Assembly (NCBI RefSeq): GCF_902459465.1
Contig: NC_047063.1
Coordinates: 16,988,001 to 17,052,000 of the forward strand
Reading direction: 5' to 3'
Origin: Asterias rubens
Lineage: Eukaryota
DNA: 64,000 bases
The first letter of the stretch is position 1, and the number at the start of each line of letters is the position of its first letter. A model generated the notes under the pieces. The model had not been told where the DNA came from. It was given only the letters and a program-made list of their open reading frames with translations, and made no database searches. A program made the translations under genes and the position numbers. Positions 14,101 to 26,387 of the stretch are shown piece after piece.

Positions 14101-17100
14101 TACCACATCACTTGTACTAATTTTTTTTTTTAAATGATCTCGACAGGACCGCACAGCGTTCCCCCTCTTCCTTCTCTACAGTGGAATAAAGGTCCAGACA
14201 GAGAAAGGGCCAGTCGATGCTGTTACTCGGCAAGCTCATTTCTCACTCAGTGAGGAACGTCTTCTGAGAGGAAGTGTTGACTTCAAGGAGATGGTAAGTA
14301 GGTCAATCCATCAATATTGTTTGTGTGTTAAACTTTGGCTGGTGTTTTATTTATCGCCTCATTTGCCAGGATACCTACTAATTAGTTCTCTTAACAATAA
14401 TAAAAGTCACTAGTAAGGTTAAAAGTTTATTGTTTCCACGGTAACGTTGTAAAACAGGCAATAATATATACATGTTCCAAATAATACAGTTTAGCGAAGA
14501 GGAAAAAATACACTTTTATGATACTGCAGGGGGGCTCACTAAGAAAAAAAACTTATAAGCGTGAGTCCCAGACAGATACATCCCTTGAGCCCGAACCAAA
14601 TACCCATGTAAGGTATTACAGGGCTCGTCTTTAACACTACCTTCCCCTTACGGCGTACATTGTCTAGTAAAAACTGCTACCACTTCTCAACTTGCCCTAC
14701 TAAAACAGTTCAACCTACTTGTTTGAAATGCTCATATTTCTTCCATTCAGATAAGAGTAACACAATTTTTTTTATTTATTTTCGAGAGTTTGAGTATAAC
14801 TTTACTTGCCTATTATACTGGTTGTGGTTGCTACTATTAATGCACCAGCAAAATGCAGTTGTGACCATACGTATTTTAAAATCAGGGCAAGTAAAACTCC
14901 TTGGGCGCAAGTGATTTTATAAACCCGGTGCCTACTTAACAAAAAGCTTAAAGACACTGGACACTGTTGGTAATTGTCAAAGACCAATCTTCTCACTTGG
15001 TTTATCTCAACATATGCACTAAATAACAAACCTGTGGAAATTTGTGCTTGATCGGTCGGCGAAGTTGCGAGATAACTATGAAAGAAAAACACCCTTGTCA
15101 CACGAAGTTGTGTGCTGTCAGATGCTTGATCTTGAGACCTCAAGTTCTAAACTTGAGGTCTCGAAATCAAATTCGTATAAAATTACTTCTTTCTCGAAAA
15201 CTATGTCACTTCAGAGGAAGCCGTTTCTCACAATATTTTATATTATCAACCTCTCCCCATTACTCACTTCCAAGTGAGGTTTTATGCTGATAATTATTTT
15301 GAGTAATTACCAATAGTGTCAACTGCCTTTACAAGAGCAAGGCCTGCAATTATTTCTTATAAGTAAGTCATGATGTCATAAAGATCACAGCGCTCAGGCA
15401 AACATAAAACCTCAAGGCTCCAAAGGTTTACCCAATCCCGTGAAGTTGGGTAAACGTTTGAAGCCAACTTTGTTTGTGTTTTTGCCATTTTCTGTTTTGT
15501 TTTTTAATATTGTTCTAAAAGTAATTAGTTACTGTTTTTAAAGAATTTAATGAAGATTGAATAAAATTCCTCCTTCTGGGGAAATAAATAATGAAATTTT
15601 GAAGCCTCAAGGAGTCAACTGTCTCCCCAAAATCTGTTCACACCTCAGTGAATGAAGCACCACCATGAATCCCTTTTAACTCCATTCTTATCTATATATT
15701 TTTCAGACATTGAAAGTTGTAGTGGACAGTGAAGATGGAGAGAAGAAGGAGGTACGAGTGATGGATGTAGACGCAATCCCACAGGTCAAAGAGAAGATTC
15801 TAGACTCAATGTATCGCAACAAACCTTACTCTAATCGACAGAGAGCATCTACAGTCAACCTTGGTAAGTCAAATGCTAGATAACAAAGTAAAGATTTTGA
15901 CAGAGGTATTCTCCTGACAATTATGACTAGAGCAAGCTGAGACCAATATTTTAATAGTGGAGCTCAGCTGAGTAAGTCCCAACAGATTTTCTACCTTTTG
16001 CCCAGGTAGTAGTAAAAAAGCAGGACCGTTCCTTTTAGAGTCTCCTGAGTTCCGGAAATTTGCTCGGCGGTAGTAGAATATAAAGCAAGACAGTTCTCTA
16101 CAGAACAAAATCTATAAAGGGCAGGCATTTCTGTCACTCGGGGCAACTTTTACAGGCAATTATGTGTAGCCTTCACCTTGAAGTTGCTGCCTGGTCCTGT
16201 GATGTTTTTTTGTTTTTTGTAAGTGTTTGTCTTTTCTCTGCTCATTAGTTTTAACCTAGGAGTTTTACAAAGGCACTGTACACTATTGGTAAACTACTCA
16301 AGTTAATTGCAAGCATAAAAACTTAATTTGTAATGAGCAATGAAGAGCTAAACAAATATTGACTGCTTAGACACCCTCGCATGCACACAACAACCACAGT
16401 TTGTAATACACCAGATGGTGGACTGTACTTTTACGGAAGAAGAAGAAGAAGAAGAAGAAGAAGAAGAAGAAGAGTGGCGTAGTAAAACAAGTCACGCGAG
16501 GTGATCCCCGGAGCAGCCGTTCTTCCCGGGGCTTTGCCTCAGGAAGATAGGCTGCTCTGCTGTGGGGATCACCAAGATCTTAAAATAATAAAAGACTTCA
16601 GACCTGAAGCCTTTTATGGGCATCTGAAAGCACACAAATTTGTTCAACAAGGGTGTTTTTTCTTTACTTTATTCTCTTGCAACTTTATTCTCTTGGTGTT
16701 TTATGCATATGTTGGGATACACCAAGTGAAAATATTGGTCTTTGACAATTGCAAAGGTATTCAGTGCCTTAAAGCTGATACATGAATTAACCCTTTCATC
16801 CGGGTTCTTAAAATAATTCCCTTTCAATCTGAACAGAATGGCGGCAGGGCAGATCTGGTCGTCTGGTCTTGCAAGATGCAGCCCTTCCTCAAATGGCACT
16901 CGGAGATGACAAGCAGACTGAGAACTTGCAGAAACTCAACACACTCAAAGAACTTGGGGTGAGTAGTCACAGTTATTGTACAAATATAATAGAGGTTGGT
17001 ACCTTTTGTAGAGCCCCAACTCACTGTCAATTAACATGTTTGTAATGCAATATATCTGTAGAATGTTCAGCTTCGTAAGTCGTCAAGTTTTGTGGAAAGA

Positions 17101-20100
17101 AAACAAAAATTATTAAAATCATTCAGAAGAACATTAGTTTGGTGACATGGTTTTACTTTCTTAAAAACTGCAGCACCTCAGCAGGTAATATTTTATGCTG
17201 ACTACTATCTTTAAAACGTGTAAGTGAGAGTAGTTGGGATTCATGTCAGGTTCAAACACTTGATCTACAAAAGGTATCAAAAAAATCGGAGCACACTGAT
17301 CGAAACATTGAATTTTTTGTGGCTATAGTTCTTTCCACAGCTCTAAAAATTATTACATGTTGTTTCCGTCGTGCAAGGTTTCAAAATCTTACTTTGTGTA
17401 TTGTTCTCTTTCAGATTCCAGATAACTCACTCATGGCGCTTGTCCCCAAAGAGACGCTCCATACCTCCATCAATGAAGCTACCTCAGGTAATTCAACAAA
17501 ATGTCAACCAAGAGCCTTTTATTTAATTTTTTGTTTTCCCACAGTTTTTATTACGCGTTTTTATTACTCATTGATATGTTTACAGTTATTTACATTTATT
17601 TACTTCTTTTTTTATCTTCATGCACTTTTTTCTTTGCAATATTTGTATGGTTTTTCAAGGCCAAATAAATAAAAATTATAATAGAAGTAATTATAAAAAG
17701 TGTTAAAATTCAGAGTTTGAAAACATCAGGAATATCAAATGTGAGGCTGACTGTTGGTGTTCAGGCTGGTTCCAATTTCATAATTTTCCTGATTTTGTTT
17801 AATTAATGTGTGCTTAGTTTCTTGTCATTTACAGTAGTATTCTAATGTATTTATTTTTTTATAAAACATTGATTTTCAATATTTGATTTTTGTTGTTGTT
17901 ATGTATTTGTTTTAGGACTCAATTCCCTTTGTGATCAGTTGTCTTTTGAAACACCGGGGTTAGGTTCACTTGGTCAGATTTCACCAAGAGCTGAAATTGC
18001 TCCAATACTTATTTTACCAATTAATTTTTTTCCATTCTACATAAGGTTATGGACCAAATGACGCAAACGTGTTTCCTCGAGATACTGAACAGGAAAATGG
18101 TACAGTCCTCTGGCATTTGGTAAGCACCTTGCTTTGAGGGACGCCCGTTAGTAATACTACAATAAGTAGTTTTTATACAGCGCTTTATCTATGGTGTCTC
18201 AACACACTTATAATGTATCAACATGATATTTCTAAAGAGGTTTTTGAAGTTTTTGAACGTTGAGACCCATTTGTATCACTTTAAAAGGGTTTACAAGGTG
18301 CTGCGAGGCATTCAGAATCCATTGCCAGAAACTAAGGTGCAAAACCCTGATACAATTTGAATAATTGAATCATAAATCATAAAACATTACACAAAATAAA
18401 GTAAACAACTATGTTTTGAAAATGTATTTGGGATTTTTTCTTGAAAGTTGGAAGAATGGTATGCATGTACCTTTCCACAAACCAGTGGCGTACCACAGAA
18501 AGAAGTGTACATAACGATTTTTAAAAATAGCTGTTTGGAATCAAATCAAAACCAAACGTTGTTGGGTATTTCGGTTGGCTCAGTGGTTTCTGTCCCTGGC
18601 TTTCACCTCTGTGAACCCTGGTTCGATACCATCCCTGAAGCCTTGCATGGTCTGGGTTTTAGTCCCTGGGTTTTCCCTTTAAACAAAAACATGTTCATGT
18701 ACATCAAAGGTACACAAATTAAATATAACATAACAAAGCCTGGAGTTAGACCAGTTTTTAAGAAGGTAAAACGGAGAAAGATGCAAAAGAAAACTGAAGA
18801 ACATCGTAAAGTGACATTCATAAATACCCCAGGCAGTTCTTAATCGCTTTTCCTATTGGTGGAGAGCATGTCACTTGGGGGTGTTTAAACGGTTGATAAT
18901 GACACAGCTGAAGCTGTTTAAGACCGGCTGGCTTTATCGCACGACCACGACCCTGCCGGTTTTAAATGGCCGTTTTAAGAACACGTCGCCTACTCTTTTA
19001 TTGCATTATTAAAATGCAAAGTTTTGATTTGACTGTTGCAGGAAAAACCTCAAGATGATGTTGAGGAGTCTGAGAAGCAGAAGAAGAAACGGCAGAAGGA
19101 ACTAGCTCTGACTGGAAACAAGAAGAGCAGAGATATTACGTTCCCTCGTCTGCTCACCATGAAGGTATGTGTGTGGGAGTGGATGAGGTTGGTAATAAGG
19201 TAACCTTGTTCTCAGAGCTATATGGTCAATTTAAAGCAACGTCATGTGCGTAATGATCAAAAGATCATCTGAAACATGGGGATACATTTCAAAAACTAAA
19301 CCAAAATCAACAAATTAATGTTTCCCCTTTCACTTTTGGTGTCAAAAACATCGTTCAAATTCCTATGATAATTTATTTCACTTTTGACCTTTACAGGGTA
19401 TAAATCATCCAGGATTATGTAGATAACATGTTCCAGGCTATCCAGACGGTAGAGAGCACCCCGCTGGCCATCAAGTATCTCTTTGATAATGTATTTGACC
19501 TTTGACCTTTGACCTTTCCAGGGTATCATCCAGGACTATGTAGATAACATGTTCCAGGCTATTCTGACTGTAGAGAGCACCCCGATGGCCATCAAGTATC
19601 TCTTTGATTTCTTTGATAGTCAAGCGAGTCGTCATGATATGGAAGACCCAGATATTGTACATATCTGGAAGAGTAACACGTATGTATTTAAAGAATTAAA
19701 AAATGTCAATCAAAAATGTTAACGGCTTTCAGCCAGTTTAGATATTAAATAATAATACAAAATAACCTGTATTCATTTGGTGCCAAAATCCGCCTTAAAA
19801 GATGTAAAACAAAAAGACAATAAACATTGCGATAAATATAAAACTTGAACTGTAAACTGAAACAGGAAGTTCATGAACCCCTCAAAAACATGGAACTATT
19901 AAAAATGGAGTCCTAAGAAGGAGTGGAAGGAGAACAGTAATACACCTCATGGATTCAGACAATGCAAATTAGTAAAAGAACTCATTAAATAAAGGAGTAA
20001 TTAATTAAATAAAAGGACATAAAAGTTAAACACACTAAGGACCTGGCTGTTCCAAACTACTGTAGCAAAAACAATAAACAGAAAAACAATGACTGAAATT

Positions 20101-23100
20101 TTTAATAAAAGGAGTAACAATGAAAGGTATTTCAAAGTGAATGATTAAGAAAGTTTTTATCATAAGTAAAGCATTATAGAAAGTTTGGCTGGGAAATATG
20201 CTTTTCTGATACAGGCAGTGGACACTATTGGTAATTACGCAAAGTAATTATTAGCATAAAACCTTACTTGGTAACGAGTAATGGGGAGAGGTTGATAGTA
20301 ACATTGTGAGAACAACTCCCTCTGAAGTGACACAGTTTTCGAGAAAGAAGTCATTTTCCATGAATTTGATTTCGAGACCTCAGATTTAGAATTTGAGGTC
20401 TCAAAATCAAGCACCTGAAAGCACACAACTTCATGTGACAAGGGTGTTTTTTCTTTCATTCTGATCTCGCAACTTCGACGACCAATTGAGCTCAAATTTT
20501 CACAGGTTTGTGTTTTTATGCATATGTTGAGATACACACCAAATGAGAAGACTGTCTTTTTCATTTACTATTAGTGTCCTCTGTCTTTAAAGCTCAATAT
20601 CAAATATTAAAATGTCCACAGATTTACACATGACTTACATTGTAAAAAGATTTAAAACCTCTTTTAACATATTTTTGCCCGACATGCTATATACTTTTGA
20701 TGCTTCTTGTTGCTCTCTTTTGTTCAGGTTTCTTGATGCTTCTTGTTGCTCTCTTTTGTTCAGGTTTCTTGATGCTGCTTGTTGCTCTCTTTTGTTCAGG
20801 TTTCTTGATGCTTCTTTTTGCTCTCTTTTGTTCAGGTTTCTTGATGCTTCTTGTTGCTCTCTTTGGTTCAGGTTTCTTGATGCTTCTTGTTCCTCTCTTT
20901 TGTTCAGGTTTCCGTTGCGTTTTTGGGTAAGCAGTATCACCCATCCAAACTACATCTTTGACATCCGACCTACACCATCTGTTGAGTCAAGCCTAGGGGT
21001 CGTAGGTCAAGCCTTCTATGATGCATGTAACAAATCTGACCATCAGCTTGGATGGGTAAGTAACTTTGTAAGATAAACATTTGTTTTAAATGAAAGCCCA
21101 TTTTGAAGTTTACAGTGAGAAGTACACTGATTTCATGATTTCAACATAATTTCAGGAGCTATAAAAAATAACAGTTTTGTGGTTCGCCCACTTTCTTCAT
21201 AACAAAAGTTGATAAAAAACAGACTGCAATCTCCATCAAATTTAAGATTTAATGACGTCTTCCATTGAGCTGTGTGCTAAAATCGTGCCTGCAGGCTGTA
21301 AAACCTGGCTCTGTGTCACTGCATGGAGGTAGATGGTCTCTGTAACTCTTTGTGCTCATTGCACGGGATATGCTTCAGGATATGAGATGACATTGGTAGG
21401 GATTTATTATAATAACAATATTAAAGTCTTATATAGCGCACGTAGCTACCAAACAAGGCTTAAGGCACTAAGTATATACAAACTTCCAGAAAGATAGGTT
21501 ACTACAGTGATGAATTCTGAGACCCAATTATTTAGCACCTTTAAAGGTTTTACAAGGTGCTACAACGCATTAAGCAGCCACAACGAGAAAAACCGGGGCG
21601 AACCCCTTCTCTTTCGATAAGTGCACTGGGTTCTGTTACATGCGTTACACAACACATTGGACCAACGGCTTTACGTCCCATCTGAAGGACGCAGCAATGT
21701 TTAAGTGTCTTGCTTTAGTACGCAAGTGTCACGGCTGGGGATTTGGGAGGGTATTCTTGGGTCAAGTGTCCTAACAATTTTGGCCCGGATTGTAAGTCTT
21801 TTTATGGTTTTAGTGGTTTACTGCTTGCTTGTTTATTTGTTTTATTATTATTATTATTTATTTATTTTTATTTTTTTCCCCCAGGAATCCTCAGTCAATA
21901 AGCTTTTGTATAACCGTGAAGTAACTAGATACCGTGGTCAGGTTGAGTCCTACTACCAAGGCATTGCAGACATGGAGAGGATTGAGACCAGCGACCTGCA
22001 GAGGGAGTTTGATAAGACGTGTCAGGTTAGTTCACAAAGAAATTTTGTTCCAAAATGAGATAATTTCATTTCAGGGACCTGTCTTATCCCTAGGGCCCAT
22101 TTCCATACTGCTTAATAGTGTTCTGCTTAGCAGAAATTAACTTGATACCAGTCACACATTTTACATATTGCATTTTGGTGGGTAATCCTTTTTTAAAGCT
22201 CCTTTTGTGCTTAAGCAGCTCTATAAAATTGGGCCCAGTTCTTTACGTTACCAGTTTAGAACCATTGTTTAGCTTGTTATGTTTGGTGTTTGTTTGGTTG
22301 TTTTATTTCCATTCATACTTTCATACATACAGATAAAAAATAACATATGAGCAATACAAAATGTATCATAAATTGTAGAACAATACAATACAGTATGAAT
22401 GGGGCTGACATACAGAGATGTACCATCTGCACCTGGCATCCTGCTCATTTGTTTTACTTTGCCGAGAATTGTTACGAAATATTCTGCCTGGTTTATTTGA
22501 TGAGATAAGTTGGTGTGATTAATTAGAGCAAACAAAACAAAAACACTTACTCATACACACTCATCAAGGCTTCGTTTTTAAGCAGCTGACTTTTAGTCTG
22601 TGATTTCCTTGTATTTAATCCACAGAACTTTACAGGTTTGTTCAGCAAACTCAGTACCTTGCTGCAGCTTTACGAGTTCACCAATCGCAACAAAGATTTG
22701 GTAAGTTCATCCTTCATTCTCCTTTCCCTTTGTTACTTTGCATTATTGGCTTATATTTATAGTCTTGGCATTTGGGTCTGAGGCAAGTTAGGCTTGAAGT
22801 CCAACAAAGTGATCATGAAAAGTAGAGCTTTAGATTGTTAAGTCCTCCAAAAATCAATGACCAATACAAACTTCTTGGTTGAGAAGCACTTCAACTGTTG
22901 ATAGTATAAACTATTTTGAGAAAGGATTCCCCTTCATGAAGTAATTAATATAAACACCAAAACTTATGAATCTGAGAAATTATTCATGCATGAATCATTT
23001 CTCAAATCTATCTTAAGATCTTAAATAAAAGGCACTTTGTATAATTAAAAAATAATAAATGCATCAGTGGTAAAGAATTATAATTTTGTTTATCCCTTAC

Positions 23101-23374
23101 CCTGCTGTGTGATTGTTATTTTTTTAACTGAATTTAGTGTTGAGTTATCTCCTTCGCAATATTGCTACTTTTTAATGGAAGAGAAAAGAAAAGGATCACT
23201 TAAAATCAACAAAAATGTAAATTTAAAAAAACTGCTTGATTAGATTCAAACAATGACTCAAATATTTGCCTCCTTTTTTAGCTTCTCAGGGCCATGGAAG
23301 AGGATGACATCTGTGAGCAAGAGAATCTTTCCTACGAGCTTGAACAAGTGGACACTATCCTACAAGATGAGTAA
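935..23374 (+). CDS. PLXN: Plexin-family receptor, 3' part (IPT domains, TM, GAP, RBD); 5' end outside the window; subfamily not assigned
   Basis: Hand-assembled GT-AG exons with matching phases: 935(or 951)-1099, 1551-1644, 2460-2702, 5016-5195, 6599-6821, 7491-7633, 7797-7918, 9599-9664, 12514-12588, 13573-13639, 14147-14293, 15707-15863, 16837-16958, 17415-17487, 18046-18119, 19042-19164, 19522-19679, 20908-21055, 21885-22025, 22626-22700, 23282-23374 (TAA). The translation contains plexin hallmarks FTYQPNPTV..I.P, LFRRTESIVEKLLSNW, EKGPVDAVT, QVKEKILD, WHL, FPRLLTMKG, HIWKSNTFPLRFW, SSVNKLLY. Confidence 0.95.
1191..1268. repeat. 26-bp tandem repeat x3 (intronic)
   Basis: ATAGAAAGGCAACCAAATTAGAAGCG three times. 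Confidence 0.9.
2693..3866 (+). repeat. 65-bp minisatellite (~18 copies) spanning the plexin exon 2460-2702 donor
   Basis: Unit ACAAATACAG|GTTAGTTTATTATTCTGTAACATTTATTTCAATTTTGTATACAATATAATAATGC; donor GT at 2703, 2768, 2834, 2900, then every 65 nt to 3810. Confidence 0.97.
4736..5008. other. Assembly gap (273 N)
   Basis: Run of N ending 7 nt upstream of the plexin exon at 5016. Confidence 0.99.
5449..5820. mobile_element. TTAA-flanked MITE family B (TIR TTAAAGCCATTATACACTTTCGGTA)
   Basis: Inverted termini; second copy at 8975-9327 and a partial reverse copy at ~62220-62424. Confidence 0.85.
6599..6821 (+). CDS. Plexin transmembrane exon
   Basis: IGYVRY followed by hydrophobic LGLFIGIAAAVLLLPIVAVAIFLW, basic RKLR stop-transfer and coiled juxtamembrane LLQMDDLE; flanked by ccccag and gtcagt. 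Confidence 0.92.
7960..8340. mobile_element. TTAA-flanked MITE family D
   Basis: ttaaaggatttgggtactttttgta ... tacaaaaagtacatagaccctttaa, with an internal palindrome around 8145-8170. Confidence 0.8.
12060..12362 (+). mobile_element. tRNA-derived SINE
   Basis: B-box GGTTCGAATCC, body CTTCACCCAGGGGTATAAATGGGTACC, 3' (TTA)n tail. Confidence 0.8.
12514..13639 (+). CDS. Plexin GAP segment 1 with the double-Arg motif (LFRR|TESIVEK)
   Basis: Exons 12514-12588 and 13573-13639 join to give PKQLFRRTESIVEKLLSNWIALCLY, the conserved plexin GAP arginine pair. Confidence 0.93.
12776..13243. mobile_element. TTAA-flanked MITE family E
   Basis: ttaaagggtggctgcagt ... actgcagcatccctttaa termini. Confidence 0.75.
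14948..15331. mobile_element. TTAA-flanked MITE family A (TIR TTAAAGRCASTGGACACTATTGGTAATT), Kolobok-like
   Basis: Terminal inverted repeats and a shared ~380-bp body with copies at ~20211-20590, 26388-26773, 35720-36077, 16268-16772 (interrupted), 31833-31925 (internally deleted) and partials at ~6935-7242, 40960-41245, 52737-52930. TTAA plus an AG terminus fits Kolobok rather than piggyBac (CC); the classification is inference. Confidence 0.85.
15707..17487 (+). CDS. Plexin Rho-GTPase binding domain (RBD) exons
   Basis: VRVMDVDAIPQVKEKILDSMYRNKPYS...LEWRQGRSGRLVLQD...LNTLKELGIPDNSLMALVP matches the plexin RBD pattern. Confidence 0.9.
16437..16473. repeat. (GAA)n microsatellite
   Basis: About 12 GAA units inside the insertion that interrupts the MITE at 16268-16772. 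Confidence 0.9.
19381..19490 (+). pseudogene. Degenerate partial duplicate of plexin exon 19522-19679 with its acceptor
   Basis: gacctttacag|GGTATAAATCATCCAGGATTATGTAGATAAC...CTCTTTGAT versus the true gacctttccag|GGTATCATCCAGGACTATGTAGATAAC...; 4-nt insertion and 5 substitutions. Confidence 0.9.
20696..20912 (+). repeat. 36-bp tandem repeat (6 copies) spanning the plexin exon 20908 acceptor
   Basis: Unit TGATGCTTCTTGTTGCTCTCTTTTGTTCAG|GTTTCT; CAG ends at 20727, 20763, 20799, 20835, 20871, 20907. Confidence 0.97.
20908..21055 (+). CDS. Plexin GAP segment 2 exon (FPLRFW catalytic Arg)
   Basis: FPLRFWVSSITHPNYIFDIRPTPSVESSLGVVGQAFYDAC corresponds to the plexin LPLRFW...FDI...LSVVAQTFMDSC motif; donor gtaagt at 21056. 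Confidence 0.93.
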
Positions 23375-25081
23375 GAGGACAATTCCCACTAGCCACTGGC
23401 TGTGTAGGTTTTCCTACGACATCATCATCACCTCATGCACGTTTGTTCGTCACATTTTTAGCACTATGACATTTTCAGTACTTTGTAAGCTATCTGTTAT
23501 TACTTACATTTGGTGCACAGATATCGAGTGAATATACCTTTATCACGGTGTGGTCATCTTGATTTTACTCCATTCCAACTCATTGTAACCAAATTGAGGC
23601 TGGACGAAATAATAGTCTGGTGTCAGCATGCGCGATGAATGTTAGCATTAATTACTGCTATTGGAAACAGGGAACATGACCAAGATGGTGACAGCATGAT
23701 AAATGTCTATACACCTTGTACATGTATATGTATGTATTTTCTAAAAGAAATTATTGTATTTGTACTTGACACTTTATAAAGCACCTGTGACCTTTTTAAC
23801 AAAAGTATTTTATGCAATGTAAAGTTTATTATTACTAATATTATTTTATTACATTTTATTACTACTGTAATTGTTGTTGTTATTATGCATCTATAATATA
23901 TATTGACCAAGAGAATCTTGTCTTTGACAAATGATAACCAATAATGACCAACTGGTGTGAAGCTTGTCAGCTCATTGCCTTCAACTCAGTTCAAGTTACC
24001 TCACCGAATGTTTGACTGCCATAAATTGCCGTTTACTTATTATTGTGGAGCGGTCTGATAGTCTAATGCACTGCAATCCAGTCTGGGTATCATCCTTTTC
24101 ATGTCGCATTGTGCTGTTGTCTTTGGATGTGAAAATCACTCACTATGTGCTCCACTTTCTAGAAAGTTCTAGAACTTATTATAGTTCAAGTTATAATGAA
24201 TTAGAATAACAGTAGAACTTATTGTTCTAGTTATAATGAATTAGAATGAAAGTTAGCTTGATGTACTGTATAAATATTTACTACTTTTATTTTTAGTGTA
24301 CGATATGTCACAAGAATGTTTACTTAAAGTTGTTATTAATCTGTGTTTTACTTACAAATCCGCAAGGAACTCGAGTTTGAAATTAAGTGGTTTGTGGATT
24401 GCAGGGTATAAAGTATTGACCATCAGCCAAAACAAATGGTTTTCTTGATTACATGACTTCATAAATTAATTAATTATTTCATTTATGAGGCATCCTTGGC
24501 TGATAAATTCTGAAAAAAATTATGACTTTGAAGTTTCGTTAACTTTAAACCAGAAGCTGTTTTTCTCTTGCCAATATAACACCAAATCTGAAAACTTTAT
24601 AAGTGTTTAATTCTAACATTATTGCAGTTATTACAACCTTGCCAACTTCTTGATTGCTTCGGTCATCTGTAGGAGAATTATGAAATGGAGAGTGACAACT
24701 TATTTTGAAGAAAGAAATTCTTCCAAAGTATCTAGCGCTCTTACCACACTGAATTTGGAGGAATTGAATTGTTGTTGACTGCAAACGAAAATAGTGGAGC
24801 AGTCCAACATGGATTTAAGATTAAGATAGACAGGATAGAACATTTGGGGTTTGAAGTGGATTTATATGTAACTGCACTGGTCAACCTCTAGGGATCAGTC
24901 TAAACAGGAGTGTGGGGTTGAATTTGAGGATCTTAGGATTTCCAGTGTTAGTTACGGTGTATCTGTATTGGGCAGGCGTGTCGCAAAAGGCAGCTGGCCA
25001 TGTCCACCTTACAATTTTGCATAACACGATACATGCGATGACTATATGGTAGAGTATTAATTTTGGTTTCACCCACATAGT

Positions 25082-25082
<1 letters not shown>

Positions 25083-25115
<33 letters not shown>

Positions 25116-25600
25116 TTGAAGTCCTATATAGCGCACGTATCTACCAAACAAGGTACTCAAGGCGCTGAGTGTATTTAAACTTTCAGAAAGATAAAATTAT
25201 GTTATTGCAGGGATGAATTCTGAGACCCAATTATTTAGCACCTTCTAAGGGTTTACAAGGCTACAGCGCATACAGCAGCCACAGCCAGGAACACCGGGGC
25301 AAACCCCTTCTCTTTTCGATAAGTGCACTGAGTTCTTTTACATGCGTTACACAACACATGGGACCAACGGCTTTACGTCCTATCCGAAGGGTGAAGCAAT
25401 GGATGTGTATTGGCACATTTTCTCAGTACTTTCCCGGGTTTTGTGAAGGAAATCACAGGCATCTCGGGTGAAGCAATGGATGTGTATTGGCACATTTTCT
25501 CAGTACTTTCCCGGGTTTTGTGAAGGAAATCACAGGCATCTCGGGTGGGATTTGAACCCACAATATTTGTAATTTTAGAGCAGTGTCATACCAACTGGAC
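25083..25600 (-). mobile_element. tRNA-derived SINE, second family, with an internal 77-bp duplication
   Basis: (TAA)n tail at the left end, reverse B-box gggatttgaaccc at ~25547, shared body with ~21407-21745, 18150-18340 and 40381-40592; 77-nt unit starts at 25390 and 25467. Confidence 0.75.
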
Positions 25601-26387
25601 AATATGGTACTTTTATACAAATATATACAACTCGTGACTGCCACCCCACCCCCCCCCCACCCTTTAACTGAATGATTAACTTTCTTCTTATGATTTGATA
25701 GAATCAAGAGCCACCGAACTTTCCAAACATAGGTGCAGTACTTTATAAAGTAATTAGAATGACATAACTGTTATGTAAAGATATTTAATATAAAGTATAA
25801 TTGAAATAGTAGAAGTTATGAAGTATTTGTATTTGATTAGCTAGCCACTAACATTTGAGTATTTTTGGAGCTGTATGACAGGGTCTGTTTGTTTATATGC
25901 ATGCCAACGTTTGTTTAAAATTTCAAAGATATGTTGTTGTTGTTTTTGTTTTTTTTCTTGTCTTTTTTCATGAATTGGATGAAGTGTTTTATAGTACTTA
26001 TATGTGTAGTTGATGGAGACGATAATGATTTGGATTCTTAATAGTGAGATTAATGTTGTTGGTGCATTTGAATAGTTTGTGTGGCAGTCGTGTTTTTAGG
26101 CAGAGTATTTGTTTTATGCAGTTTTTACAAGGGTGAATCAAAGCATTGGCCCCTTGCGTCTGTACCTAGGAGTGCGTGTTCGCGGTCAGAACCAATAACT
26201 GTCACGGTGAAATCGGCCATAGGTTTAACACTGGCCAATGACCGAAACACGTACTGGTGACAGCTTCTAACATTTAGACATGTAGAAGAATTATGTCTTT
26301 TAAATATAACAATCTGAATTTGTTCTAAAGTTACTGATCTTGCCTTTGATTAAGAAAATGCAAATGACAATTTTCAAATTGACAATA

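Noticed and set aside
20635-20944. Minus-strand repetitive ORFs (LNKREQQEASRN; KKPEQKRATRSI)
   Set aside because: Products of the 36-bp tandem repeat read in other frames.
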